Position numbers and translations under genes: made by a program
In this document: positions 12,641-26,239 of the stretch, piece after piece
How the letters are laid out: each line of letters starts with the position of its first letter
Numbering within the stretch: position 1 is the first letter of the stretch
Assembly (NCBI GenBank): GCA_002633005.1
Contig: NMRA01000235.1
Coordinates: 535,697-599,696, forward strand
Length of the DNA stretch: 64,000 bases
Direction of reading: 5' to 3'
Source: Phoronis australis
Taxonomy: Eukaryota; Animalia; Phoronida
The notes under the pieces: generated by a model
Database searches by the model: none
Told to the model about the DNA's origin: nothing
What the model saw: the letters and a program-made list of their open reading frames with translations, nothing else

Positions 12641-15600
12641 AAACAACTAGAAAGATTTTGTCACGGAGTGACAATAATGGGCTCTGCGCGTGCGTATTAC
12701 TGGAATTGTTATGGAATATCATTGACAACATCCTGTTTACTAATATGAAAGGGAACTCTTTTAAAGTGTGTTAGAAATTAAATCTTAATATTTTGATTAC
12801 CTTTGCACTAAATGACCCCTCCTGATGCATTATGAGCCCCGATGAGGGAATAAGTATAAATTCCATTATAAGTGTCGTTAATGCTAAGAAGCACAGGTGT
12901 CTTACTTGAAGCACTTTAGAATGCAAGATGAAGGAATTGGTCAAGCGTTCAGATGAAAATTGCAGATAATGACCCTATGGATGCACCAAATGACCTGAAA
13001 CTTTAAATATCAAACTCAATCGAATTTACTAACAGATATGCAATTTTGAAGTCTCTAGCTCTAAATTTAAGTTTGTATTTAATGACCTTTGACCTTTTTT
13101 CTTATTGGATTGGTCTATTGCTTAGTAAAGTAGTTTATTCGATTGACATGTCGGTTTCCACTAGTGAGCTGAAATTAAAAAGAATTCCTTGAAAAATATA
13201 AGGAGATATAACATTTTGAAAGTTAAATGACCTTTGCACTAGTTGACCCTATCCGGTGCATTATAACTATTTTAAGGAGAATTATTGCAGGCAAAGCCCG
13301 TAAAAATGTATTTAATGCTCAGAATCACAGTTGTCTAACGGTCGACATCTCAGAATACTTGGTGAATGGAAAAGACAAATTTTCAGAATAAAAATGCACC
13401 TAATGACCCCATGGTTGCATTAAATGACCTGAAAATTTGTATTTCAAATTGAAATAGACGTACCAATCAGACTTGCGAATTTGAAGTTCCTAGATCAAAA
13501 TGACCTTTGACATGTTTTACCTGATTGGATGATTCGATTACTCAGAAGAAGATTTTTTAATGGCTTGTTGACTAAAACTTGTGCACCGAATTTCGAAAAG
13601 ATAGCTTTAAAACTGAAGAAAGAGTAGCATTTTTGCCCCAAACGACCTCTTCCAGTGCATCATGGAATATGATTATATGAGGAATCCAAATTCATATACT
13701 CTTAAAAATCCTATGATGAAATTATGGACCGTGCCTGCACCCAACTTGGAGTTATTAAGCCTCAAATTTGGTCGGAAGAACAAAAACAATAAGAACTAGA
13801 ATGCAATTGCGTATGTGCACTTACAACTCGCGTGGTGTACGCACATGTAGAGGGAAGTATAGTCGCATTACATTGCATAGAAGTTGCATCCTATGTGTGA
13901 AAGAGATAGATGACCCTGGTAACTATGAAAGAGCGAGAGTGAGAGAATATCATCAGAAAACTGCACTTAATGACCCCCTAGTAGCACCTAATGACTCCAA
14001 AGTTCGTGGCTGAATTTCTTTTTACTCATGAAAATAAGATACGTGAGTATGTAAGGTCCAGCTCAAAAATTGATTTTGCACTTAATTACCTTAGACCAGG
14101 AAACTCAGTTCCCTTGGTCCGATTGATATTCCAAGTGAATTTCGGATGCATTGCTCTAGTGTCTGGTTGTTAACAAAATCTGAAGAGTCTATTTAAAAAC
14201 CTGTAGAAGAAGAAGCAATTTGATGGAATGCACTCCTTGGCCCTTTCGGGTAAATCCGGTACATTGAGAAGCAAGCAAACCCATGTGATCAATAAAATTT
14301 GATCGGCAATTGTTTGACCCGCCATGAATACGAACGCTCTCCCTAATGCATCATTTAAGTACAAGCTGATTGAAAAAGTATTAAATTTAACAGAAAACTG
14401 CACTTAATGGCCCCAAAGTTGCACCAAGTGACCCCAAAATTTGTGACTGAACTTCCTTCATGAATGAACCATATGCATGATTATGAAAGGTCTAGCTTAA
14501 AAATGACTTTTGCACGTAATGACCTTTGACACGTAAACTCGGTTGCTTTGATCAGATTGGAATTAGAAGTCAATTGCAAATCCTCTTCTCCAGTGCCTGC
14601 TTGTTATCAAAATACGGAGACTCTATCTAAAAACCTGTCGAAGAAGAAGCAATATGACGGTTCGCACTCTTTAACACGTTTCAGGTCATTGTGGTGCATT
14701 TCGAGTCAAATCCATGTGATCAATAGATTGTGCTCGGCAATTGGTTGAACTACAATGAATATGAACACTCTCCCTAATGCAACATTTAAGTACAAGCTGA
14801 TTAAAAAGTGTTAAATCTAAGAGAAAACTGAACTTAATGACCCCAAATTTGCACCAAGTGACCCCAAAGTTTGTGACTAAACTTCCTTTATGAAGGGTAG
14901 TCACAGGCATGATTATGAAAGGTATAGCTTAAAAATCAATTTTGCACTTAATGGCCTTCGCCGCGACAGCTCGGTTCCCTTTTCCGATTGGAATTCCAAG
15001 TAAATTTCGGATGCCAATCTCTGGTGCCTACTTGTTACCAAACTTGGAAGAGTCTATCTAAAAACTTGTAGAAGAAGAAGCATTTAAGATGAATGTACTC
15101 CTTGACCCGGTTTGGGTCATTCCAGTGCATTTTGGGTCAAAACAAGATCAACAAAATATCCATTGATCATCGTATCAATCACAATGAATATGCTTGTTGT
15201 CAATGAATCTATGTAAGAGTAATAACAATATGAAAAGGAAGAAAGAAGAATAAGAACTAGAACGCAATTGTGCATGCGCATTTACATCTCTGCGCGTGGT
15301 GTATGCATGTGCATAGTGAAGTATAGGCACATTACATTGCATAGAAGTTGCATCCTTTGTGTGAAAGAGAGATGTCCCTGGTAACTATGAATGAGCAAGA
15401 CCAAGGAGAAAGAGTATCAACCGAAAACTGCACCAAATGACCACACAGTTGCACCTAATGACCCCAAAGTTTGTGACTAAATTTTCTTTACGATTGAAAA
15501 CTATATGAGTGATTGTGTAAGGTTTAGTTCAAAAATCACTTTTGCACTTATGACCTTTGAGCCGGAAACTCGGTTCCTTGATCCGACTTAAATTCCACGT

Positions 15601-17742
15601 AAATTTTGAATGCACTTCTCTAGTGCCTTCTTGGTATCAAAATCGGGGGAGTCTATCTAAAATCCTGTCAAGAAGAAGCAACTTGACAGAATGCACTCCT
15701 TGACCCATTTCGGGTCAATCTGGTGCATGTTGAGTCAAATCCATGCGATCAATATAATTTGATCGGCAATTGGTTAAACCATCGTGAATTTAAACGCTCT
15801 CCCTAATGCATCATTCAGGTACAACCTGATTGAAAGTCTTAAATTCAACAGAAAACTACACTTAATGACCCCAAAGTTGCACCTAGTGACCCCAAGTTGG
15901 TGACTTAATGAATGGTAATAATATGCATGATTATGAAATGTCTAGCCCAAAAATCACCTGTACCTGGTAACTATGAAACTGCATGAGTGAGAAGTAAGAA
16001 CATCAACAAAAACTGCACCTAAGGACCCCACAGGTGCACCTAATGACACCAAAAATTGTGACTGAACATCCTTTACTAATGAAGACTATTTGCGTAATTA
16101 TGTAAGGTCTAGCTCAAAATTCACTTTTGCACTTAATAACCTTTTACCCGGAAATTTGGTTCCCTTGAGCCCATTTAAATTCCAAGTAAATTTCGGATGC
16201 GGATAACTGGTGCATGCTTGTTTTCAAAATTCGGAGAGTCTAAAAACATGTAAAAGAAGAAAGAACTTGACCCATTTCGAGTCAACTCGGTGAATTTTGA
16301 GTCAAATCCATGTAATCCATAGAATTTGATTGGCAATTTGCTGAACCACCGTGAATTTGAATGATCTCCCTAATTAATTGATTAACTACAAGCTGATTAA
16401 AAAATCTTAAATTTAACAGAAAACTGCACTTAGTGACCCCAGAGTTGCACCTAGTGACCTCAAAATCTGTGACTGAACTTCGTTTAAAAATGATTATCAT
16501 ATGCATAATTATGAAAGATCTAGCTAAAAAATTCACTTTTGCACTGAATGACTTTTTACCCAGACACTCAGTTTCCTTTGTCGGATTGGTAATTTTCCGA
16601 TGCAAGACCTTAGTTCATACTTCTTTACAAAATTCAAAGCGTTTATCTTAAAACCTGTAGAAGAAGAATTTTAAAGGAATGCACTCTGTTTCGGGTCATT
16701 TTGGTGCATTTTGGCTGAAAATATTATAATCACTTAATTTATTTCATTATCGTATCCACAACAAAGAATGTGATTGCTGTTAACAAATCGATGTAAGAAT
16801 AATAACAATCTCAAAAGGAAGGAAGAATAAGGATCAGAATGAGATGAATGAGAACTAGAATGAAATTGCGTATGCGCACATACAACTCTGCGCGTGGTGT
16901 ATGCACGTGTAGAGTGGACTATTGGTGCATAACATTGCATAGAAGCTGCATCCTTTGTGTGAAAGAGAGCCATGTCCCTGGTGACTATGAAAGAGCAAGA
17001 GTGAAAAGAGACAATATCAACGGAAAACTGCACCAAACAAACTCGCAGTTGCACCTAATGACCCCAAAGTTTGTGATTAATTTTTCTTTATGAATGAAAA
17101 CTATATACGTGATTATGTAAGGTTTAGCTCAAAAATTACTTTTGCACTTAATGGCTTTGACCCGGAAACTCCGTTCCCTTTATCCGATTTAAATTCCACA
17201 AAAATTAATGGTGCACTTCTCTAATATCTGCTTGTTATCAAAATTCGGAGAGTCTATCTAAAAATGTAGGAGAAGAAGCACTTTGACGGAATGCACTCTC
17301 TGACCCGTTTCGAGTCATTCCGTTGTATTTCTAGTCAAATCCATGTAATTAATAGAATTTGATCGGAGATAGGTTGAACCACCATGAATTTGAACGTTCT
17401 CCTGACTGCATCAATGAAGTATCAGCTGATTAAGAAAGTATTAAATTTAAGAGAAAACTGCACTTAATGACCCCAAAGTTGCATCCAGTGACCCCAACAG
17501 TTTGTGACTGAACTCCCTTTGTGAAAGATAATATCATGCATGATTTTGAAAGGTCTCGCTCAAAAATCACTTTTGCACTAATGACCTTTGACCCAAAAAC
17601 TCAGTTCCCTTCACCAGATTGGAATTTTAAGTAATTTCGGATGCAGATCTCTGGTGTCTACTTGTTACCAAAATTGGAAGATTCTATCTAAAAACCTGTA
17701 CAACGAGAAGTATTTTGTAAAAATGTATTCCTTGACCCGTTT
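12641..17742 (+). mobile_element. Head-to-tail array of Helentron/HINE-like non-autonomous elements with internal tandem subrepeats
   Basis: Four starts at aactaga (about 12645, 13794, 15255, 16853), each followed by a short perfect or imperfect palindrome (e.g. ttgtcacggagtgacaa) and a ctctgcgcg-like motif. Internal subrepeats of about 430 bp contain gcacttaatgaccccaaagttgcacc. Units end in a gaagaagaataag-like run. Confidence 0.7.
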
Positions 17743-17749
17743 CAAAAAA

Positions 17750-17986
17750 GCCGCTGCCAAATTCATTTAAGATTTGCGTTTGGATGTCCCTGTTCATTTT
17801 AAAGCTTTCCCATTTTGGCAACATTAATTCAGAGTATTGCTGATATACTTTAAGATTCATCCATGTCCATGTATATAACTGTTATGAACAGTTCAGCCGG
17901 ATGTACTAACCAGGAGACATACATGTAACGTTAGTCGGTATATTGAGAATCTCACAGAAACAGGATATAACTTTGTGACTCAAAAT
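17750..17986 (+). mobile_element. Degenerate LINE (L2/CR1-like) ORF2 C-terminal fragment
   Basis: AAKFI*DLRLDVP...W... loosely matches the AARxI..P..L.W tail of L2/CR1 ORF2. It ends at the Kolobok insertion. Confidence 0.3.
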
Positions 17987-17990
17987 TTAA

Positions 17991-19106
17991 AGGAGAATGC
18001 CACCCGATTTAATTAGTATTTTTTACCGTCTTAATTGGTCTATATCCATATCGCCTATATTGCCGAGAGGTGTCGCTTTAACCTGTGAGGAAGGTGAGAA
18101 ACGACGCAGCGACGTCATTGGTTCGTTTGTATAGAGTGAATGTCGCTATATTCTGGTGCATTGTTCCCACTTGTCCGAACTATGAAGCTGCGAAGAAAGT
18201 TGGTACATCGTTTTTCGACTTCCTCGAGAGCCCAAAATGCTTAGCAAGCGCCTCGCGGTAGTGAAAAATAAAAGGTACGCTGCTAATAGCAAGTATGCGA
18301 CCGTGAAATATCTCCATTATTCAAATCATTGTTACTGTACAATGTTTGCCCTGACGGTCTGTGGAAGGGGAACCAGACTTCGCGGCTCCCAACAGTAGAT
18401 TTTTAGTTTCGTTGCTAATTCACATGAATAATTACGTACATATTATATCACTTACTATTATAGTGTTTTCGTGACTGGAGGTTTAGTTTCCAATTCAAGC
18501 TGGCTTGTTTGTGCCAGTCCCGGCGGCTGCGACGGACCTGATCGGGTTCCGAGCCACTGACCGTTGATAACGAGTTAGTCCCGCCGCAACTGGCCTGATC
18601 GGGTTCCGAGCTACTGGCTGGGATAACAAGCGTTTTTTGTGTTTAGAACTCAAAAATTCAAAAGTCCAAACAACACAGATCTAGGTTCTCCTGTATGTAT
18701 TTCAAGGAAGAATACTTCGAATTTATCTCCGAACAGACTCCGAACTCCTGCTACGGACCGTGGTAAATTGGCCTTCCGAACTGTGTAGGTGTGTCCAAAT
18801 ACCAATAAATCCGTAACAGCGAAATAAAACAACACGTTTTATAAGAACTCGGCGTATTTTAAAGGTTTTACATCGAAGTATGATGATTTATTTGTGTTAA
18901 ACGATGAATTCAAGCGATAAGCTGACCCCACTAACCCGTGTTGTGAACTGCTGAATAGACTGCAAGTGAAACCAATTACGTCATTGGATAGTTTCAACGC
19001 CTCCGTCTGCCGTCAGTTATCACGTAACGCAACCCTACGTGCAGTTATCGAGTAGAACTACTCGATCTAAATTGATACAAAATAAGTTGTTAGGTGGCAT
19101 TCTTCT
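17991..19106. mobile_element. Kolobok element (internally deleted) with TTAA target-site duplication
   Basis: ttaa|aggagaatgccacc ... ggtggcattcttct|ttaa. A plus-strand THAP-like remnant WCIVPTCPNY...FRLPREPK starts near 18154. A minus-strand KolX-like remnant (RCYGF..., ...IRSILP...) lies near 18690-18830. Confidence 0.85.
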
Positions 19107-19677
19107 TTAAACTGACTTGAACGCGGTGTGAAGAAAGCTTTTTGGATATCACCGACCTCCCCATGGATCAGTGTGATGGAGGAGTGATACACAATCTAAG
19201 CCTAGCAAATTTCGTTTGCCTTACTACCGGTCCGACACCACACCAGTTCAGGTTCACAGAAAGGCTATAAGCTTGAGATTGCCAGTCGATCATCTTATGT
19301 CGATACTTCTGTGATTCTCGGAACATAGTGTTAATTAGGCACATCTCGCTAAACTAACATAACTCGCCAGTTAATTATCATTTCATGGTGTTCAAGGATT
19401 CGGAATATTCTGAAGTTAAGTCCCACTTGTTGGAAACACAATGAAAAGTCATGTTTTTCGATCTTGGCGAGGCGGCCGTCGTAAATTATTTACTCGGGAT
19501 TTTCCGAATGCTTGATCAAGAAAAGGGAAACTGATTAAACGGAAAATACACTTTTGCCATCTTGCATTACAAATATTTCAATCGTTGTCCCTTGAACACG
19601 ATGTAAACGTAAGAAAAAACCGACAAGTGCCGTTAGTGTAACTTACATATAGGTGATTAATTGCATCTTTCCATCGG

Positions 19678-19954
19678 TGAACATAACGTGTAAAACAACC
19701 AAGTTAGGACAGGAATATGCTGGTTTAAAAGCTACAACCAAGGATGGTCTGACATGTAGATTGGTCAATCACGAATCTTCTCAAAAGAATGTTCGTGCGA
19801 TCAAAAACGGAGACTGATTTTGACAAAATTCCTTATTCGGTGTATATGTCAAACCTATGCCCTAACCCAGAAGAATCTCCGGATGGTTCGAGGTGCTACA
19901 TAAAAGGACAGTTCCCAAAGTGGGATTACTGTGACATCACATTCTGCAAAGGAT
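19678..19954 (+). pseudogene. Kringle-domain pseudo-exon
   Basis: CKTTKLGQEYAGLKATTKDGLTC, then a frameshift, then W...SNLCPNPEESPDGSRCYIKGQFPKWDYCDITFC. All six kringle cysteines are present. NxCRNP and PWCY are degraded. The donor is gtagg and the acceptor is mutated (cgg). Confidence 0.8.
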
Positions 19955-20099
19955 GTAGGTTATTTGCTAATCATGTATGCTGAATAACCAGGGAATGCAA
20001 CCGAAGTTTACGCGGTAGCATGAACTCTGATACATCTTCTCTCTAGACATCGTTTTTCGCGATTGGTGATTTTGGAGCTAAGTCAAATATGTTCTTGGG

Positions 20100-20780
20100 C
20101 TGGATTTGTTCTTTTGAAGCAATGGAAGAAAGATAAACCGTTTTTGGATTATTAGTGACCTATTGCTTATAGTTTTCAGATGTAGCGCTTTGGCAAGTCG
20201 GTTCAGCTTTTAGGAGGTTCCTTCCAGGACACACAAAAGCTCATCAAGCTTGAACGACTGCATTTACAGTAGTTACATTTTAGCTTAGAATTTGCTTTAA
20301 TGCTGGCTAAATCTCGATCGAATCCTTACTGGAGTTCTCCAGCTACTTTGTCGAAATCGCTCCAGGTCACTGTGCAAGACCATTCACAAATGACAATTAG
20401 TGGCCACGCACAATGATGTCACACGACACTCCAAGTAAATTGCCAATCAAGTGCTGTTTTATGACGACAAAATTTCGACTGAACTGCCAAACAATTTTGA
20501 CAAATTCGCTATGGTTTGACTGGGAATGACTGCAAGACTTGTCGAATTCTGACCACTTAATTTTCAGAATTAGTGAACACTTGGCGCTATTGCAGGACTG
20601 TGTGCTTACATTTCTTACAACACAGTATACCTCAATTCTTTCGTCGTGATGTTTCTGGACCGTGCGGTAAACACTTTCCCATTTTTGGTATCCAAATTCA
20701 CGCCCCAGGTTATAAATTTCCATGTTTGGCAACGATGTCTGTATCTCAAATTGATCTAGAGAATGTGCTAACACATTTCT
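20100..20780 (-). pseudogene. Possible hAT transposase remnant
   Basis: Minus-strand DIIVRGH (hAT xALRGH motif) followed downstream by KTVYLSSIASKEQIQ (NAxYxSxxxQNELI-like). Heavily decayed. Confidence 0.4.
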
Positions 20781-21730
20781 TGGGAGATATGTTCGAACCT
20801 TTCAGCCGTCTACGGTGGCCTTGCGTCAGCCAATTGGGCGCCCGCCGCGCTGTTCTCAGCATTAGTTGCCCTTTTTCAGGCCTTTCTAAGGTATAAATTT
20901 GCAAATTTATTACATAACATGCAGTGCCATTAAAATTCACTGGGAAACGGCAATAGCCCGAGTTTCGACCTCCAGAACCGAGATTAAACGCCTTAGTTTT
21001 GTTTCGAGAGTTTCAATGACGGTTAATTTGGACAAAGTCTTGCAAGATGTTAAATTACGGACTTATTAAGGTATATTTTGTTCAAGACCAGTTTCAGTTG
21101 AACCATTCTTAGCTAGGCGCTCCTACATGACCACAATTTCCCCCTATCACCAGAAATGACTTTTATTATGACCATGTTCTTATGAAACTCCGAAAAATTC
21201 CTGTAGGTTGTGTCGTTATAGTTTGGGGTTGACTGGCAAGATTATTTTGAAGATGATACTTTTTTGTGATGAAAATTGCTCTAGAAAATAATTTTTCTGA
21301 AAAATTACTTCACACCCGCGGTGTGTCCCGCGGCGGAGAATTGGAATGAGTGGACCTCACTCTAGTAAGCATAAGTAATCTTTTCAAACTTATATGCTTA
21401 CTGTACGTTAGTTTAGTTAAGCCCTTGATTGTTTTCGGTGATTTTTGTACGAGTTTATTGGGAAGTTATTATGCCTAGGACCATATTGCATCCCTATTAG
21501 TATGCACTCGCGTAGCTAGTCACAGGACGTGGTAAGGGCTACACCTTTCCACATTTCCGGCCTTTAGACAGGGTCGAAACGAATTCTTATCGAAAAAATG
21601 AACAATTAGTCGTCGTTGTCCAATTTTTGACGTTTTCCAGATCTCGTGAAGACTACTCAATAATAAATAGAGTTTTTGTCACCGAAACATAAAATGAACG
21701 CCCCGCGTGTTGCCCAGACAGTGCAAGTCT

Positions 21731-24025
21731 GGGCCCGGTCTCCAATCTCCAAAGTCAGACTCATACTTATACTCTAGACTTCATACTTAAAATCGTGCTT
21801 AATTGAGTCGCACTCAAAAAGCGTTTTTAATGTCACAATTCCAGTAGACACCAAACGTACTCAAATCTGAGAATCGTACTCGAGTTGCTCTGGATCTCTC
21901 TGTCACGTGAAATGCAAAGCCAAGCCCAGTTGCGCTAATTCAGCGCCCGATGTTCGCATAAGATACCCTGCCAATTATTAAGATTTAACATTTGAGTTCC
22001 TAACATCCCGAAAATTTCTTAAGAAGTTTGAAACAGCTCATCCCATCAGCGTCACGGCAGAAGCAGCTACAATTTCAGTGCCTGATTTAGGCGGGGGGGG
22101 GGCAAAAGGGTTCTTAATCCCCTAAACTTTACACATTTCCTCCTGCAATTGGCATATTCACACCAAGAATTGATGGCATATTGATGCAGTGGTGGGCCGG
22201 CTACCTCGGCCTCGAGGATCACTTACCATACCCTAGGCTAACCAACATTTTTAAGGGAGAGTTTGAATTGCACATTTCCTTTGAGGGGAGGTGGGATTTC
22301 ACAGGATTGGACCTTAATTGCCAGCCGGTTGCCACGTCAGCTAATACGCCAGTCAAACCTATTAAGCCCCAGATATTTGACTCCTGTTCAACCCCCGTAC
22401 TCAAGTTGTTCTTTCAATTGCTTATTAGTCTTCATCTAGAAGCCACTTACGCAGATGTCAAAACTTTGATATTGAATCTTTACTGTAAGTGCCGACGCAC
22501 TCTTGTGTTTGTAGTCTGACTATATTCGCCATCTGTTGGTGGTTTATGTGTTTGCTCTCCAGCTTCTACCGCGTATATTTTCCACGTGACTAATTCTTCA
22601 ATAGAATTTTGCATATGTATAACTGCTCGGCACACCATAGTTTATAGCTGTAACGCGCGCCAGCTTAGCTCATTCGTGCTTCAACGTCCTTACATGTATC
22701 TTGAGTTTTGAGTTTAGTCGTGATTTATGCCGCAAATTGGTGTAAGTATTTTGCACTTAGTTTTGTTACAGTATCTAGTCAGTACTTTAACGTAATTGTA
22801 ACGCGTACTCTGTAACTTTAATTAGCTTTCCTCAAGTAGTTTGACGTTGTCCGAATAAGAATATATGCAATGTTTAACGTTAGTATTGTAACTTTGTAAA
22901 CGACCAACGTATTGTTCAATTGTCTCATAGAACGTTTTTTTGTATGGTACAGTTGAACCGAGTAATTATAAGAAAGAAACGAATAAAGTTTGTCAACGCA
23001 ACTTATGCTCGAGTTCTCCATGTGGCTTTAACGATTTTCGCGACCACATTTACGCTTTACCGGAATGTATCAAGTTAGTTGACATACATGTACATGTATG
23101 GCAGGTGATTTAGAAACATTACATGTACAAGAATTCAAAGGCCATATCTGACCGGGACTTGACGTCTACTTAAATATAGGCAAACGAAATCTGGAATACC
23201 ATTCGGGTATTGAAGAGTTATGATGACTAAACTATGGATGTGATATGTATCTGACAGGGAAGCAACTGTTTTTCAACTTTCCTCGTCTTTGGGAAACCCA
23301 CTACGAAACTTTGACCCATCTACTGCAACCAAGGCTGCACATACTTCTTACACGGCTTTTCCCACAGGTGCTTTTGACAATTGCAATGACTTGCCGACAA
23401 GGGATTGCAATACGCCTCTTACAAAGAATCATACAGTACAGTAAAAAAGAGTATATAAATTGGCGGCTATGAAATGCGCAGATAATATGACGAAGAATAT
23501 TTATAATGAAAAGTATTGTCTTTGAACTGAAACTGAACCGCTGCAATATGGTATGAAAACTTATTTTTAGACATGATGTATGCCTGAGTGTCCTTTCGTT
23601 ATTTTCTTCTCTCTCTCGTGTTTATTTTCGAGTACGATTTCAAGCACACTGCCAAACGAAAATTAAAATTGAAATTTGGAGCATATATTCGGGGTTTTTT
23701 CTCAAAATGGTGTTCGAAATACAGGTATAAATGAGATACACTTAAGATCGAGTATACTCGAAAATTGAGACCGTGCTCAAAACTGTTCGACCACTCAGCT
23801 CAGGCGTGACAACGGGAAGTCAGCTCTGCTATATTTATACCAATTAGCAGACAGATAAGAAATGCACTTGACAGACTTGACTGTACACGTCCCCCTGTTG
23901 AGTCAACTGAAATATAAACAAGACTTCCAATACACGGTGTCAATAAGTTACTGAAGCTATGCTTTACTGAGGTTTGATTGAGCATGTGTTTACCGAATAA
24001 AAAACGATTGTGAGACTGGGAAGGC
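21731..24025 (-). mobile_element. Degenerate PIF/Harbinger element with transposase remnant at about 23100-23600
   Basis: Left end gggcccggtctccaatc and possible right end gattgtgagactggg. Minus-strand ILQRFSFSSKTILFIINIL...IVKSTCGK...GIP resembles the HARBI1-type N-terminus. 23430-23790 is homologous to 58400-58780. Confidence 0.55.
22181..22420 (+). mobile_element. BEL/Pao pol (RNase H region) fragment
   Basis: W...LPYPR...FELHISFEG...TPVKP. Nucleotide similarity to 50035-50290 and 57140-57660. Confidence 0.6.
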
Positions 24026-25229
24026 CTGAGAGTGTAATTTGTTTCTGTGTTTTAGATTAATGAACTGCTGTGATATAACTGAATTTCGGTTGACAGAATA
24101 TGAGTCGGGATCACACGGAAGCCGCTATCTCCCGTTACCCTAGACATTTCCAACATGAAAAGTACGCTATAGACCACGGTCCGATGCCATAGTACTCATT
24201 TGTTTTCGAAAAAAATCTCACTTCTGACTGAGCAGAGAATTTAAAATGTCAGCATTTACACTCAACTTTCATTTCGTTATATTTGGTTTGTTTATTACAT
24301 ATGCTTTTCGACTAAGGATTACCTGGGATGCCCTTTCATGATTATATCAGAAATCTACCCGTGGTATGCGAATCAAATGTAAATATTAGGGCAATAGATA
24401 ATCAAGTTTGTACAAAAACAAATATAGAATTAAAAAGCAACGAAACATAATAACGAGTATTTTATATTCAATTGGTGTCAGTGCTTTTTCTAGGACAGGT
24501 TCGCCGGCATTTAGGAACCGTGCCAGAACTGATGTGCATAGAGATCGGATTCCGGAACCGAAATAATCAGTCGTGATACCTAATTATATTAAAAATCTTG
24601 TATGATTGCACAAAAGAGAAAAACGTTATACCAAGCCACACCTTACTCAATTTACTATATTTCGTCAACAACCGTGGAAACTGTTACCATGGAAAGGACA
24701 GTTGTACTTCCACCTCAATAGTATCCTCATTAGAACTATTCCGGCCGCCAGTGAAACCGGACGAGTTTTATTTCTCTGTCAATTACCGACGCGTCTCTCA
24801 ATTTTCAAATTCTGATATTTTACCTCCTCGAGTGAAATGTTTTGTGTAATTCAAAAGCAATAACATGATGAACAAAAACTATCTACCCACCGTCTTCAGA
24901 AAGTACTGTTTTTAAATTAAGTGTAACAGTCCGTCTTCCCCCAGGTGGCGTTCCACTCAATGTGCACTGGTTCTAAAATAAAATTCATTTGATTGGACTC
25001 ATCGTTAAATAATTTGGACTCCAATGCTGCACGTCCGATGGCTAGATATGTTTATCAAGAGGAACGTAAAACAATGGTTCCGTAACGTCAACTTGATGCT
25101 CGAGTGCAGTACGAGAAAACAACCTCTCGTCTAACCCCTTACGACGGCTACACTATAATTACCTCGGCGATGCAGTATTTTATGTTTTTCTCGTCACAAA
25201 AGCCAACATCACACCGGATCTTTACGTTT

Positions 25230-25385
25230 CGATGTTTGTAAATGTCGAGACAGGAAAAGGGGGATGAGTGCACGGCAAAAGTTCCACTCTCGTTCGACTG
25301 CACGATGAATCCTCTGAGCAACTCTCCCCCAGGTACTTGCAGCTCCTCCAGAGTTGGGTTTTCAATGTTGCCCCTTCTTCCTAAG
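25230..25385 (+). pseudogene. SWIM zinc-finger-like remnant (DNA transposon accessory ORF)
   Basis: CKC / ETGKGG*VHG..TLVRLHD / TCSS...P matches CxCxxGxGGxCxH..L..L.D..CTS..W..P across frameshifts. Confidence 0.35.
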
Positions 25386-26239
25386 CACCTGGCATCAATA
25401 AAATGACAGAACAAGGGTGCGAGATAGATGCACTGACGTAGGATATGTTAGAAACAACAATACTGTAAGAGTTTTCGAGGCAAAAGTGCACATTTTGTCT
25501 TAATTTAACCAACTCTCGCTCCAAATCGGCACTTTCCCATGAACGGCTAATTAGCCCTGCAACACCTACACCGATTGTCTGTACTTAACTGCTGTGTGAG
25601 GTGCTTAGAAATAAAGGCACTTGATAAACAGGCATCTTATCGTGAGGAAAAAGCTTATTTTTAATTTTGAAAGTTTGCAGACGGTTAAAACTATAAATAT
25701 GAGTATTTTAAGTCGTGTAACTGAACTTAAAGCGCCTAAACAAATAAAATTCTATGAAATTTATTAAGTTATATTCCCAAATGATTATTTAATTGCGATA
25801 TATTACTGCACCTGTCAATGAGTCACGTTCCGTATTCAAAGTGTAGAAAGTACACAGTCAATAATTTTGCGATAACTTCCAAGAAATCAGTTACAGTTTA
25901 TGCTTGGTTTTTAATCAAATATACAAATTTCCGCTCACTTGGCCGCAATCACAGTAGCCTCGTCCCCGGCGGCTGGCAAACATTAATAGAAAAAAGGATT
26001 GAACTGATTTCCCAATGTGGAAATTTAATGACTTGACTAGAACGTTTGTATATACTGTCCCATATATTGTGAATATTTTTAAACCGCGTTCAGATGCCAT
26101 TTTTAATAGCACGGTCAGAAAACGTGATCTGACATCCACATATCACTGCACTCGACACACACTCACGTCCAAAAACAAACAAACAAATAATTACATCCAT
26201 TCATTCACGCATGCACACCTCAGGTGAGACCATTCTCGC

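Noticed and set aside
13794-17742. Regularly spaced repeats considered as a CRISPR-like array
   Set aside because: The units are long and degenerate, there are no unique spacers or cas genes, and the context is eukaryotic.
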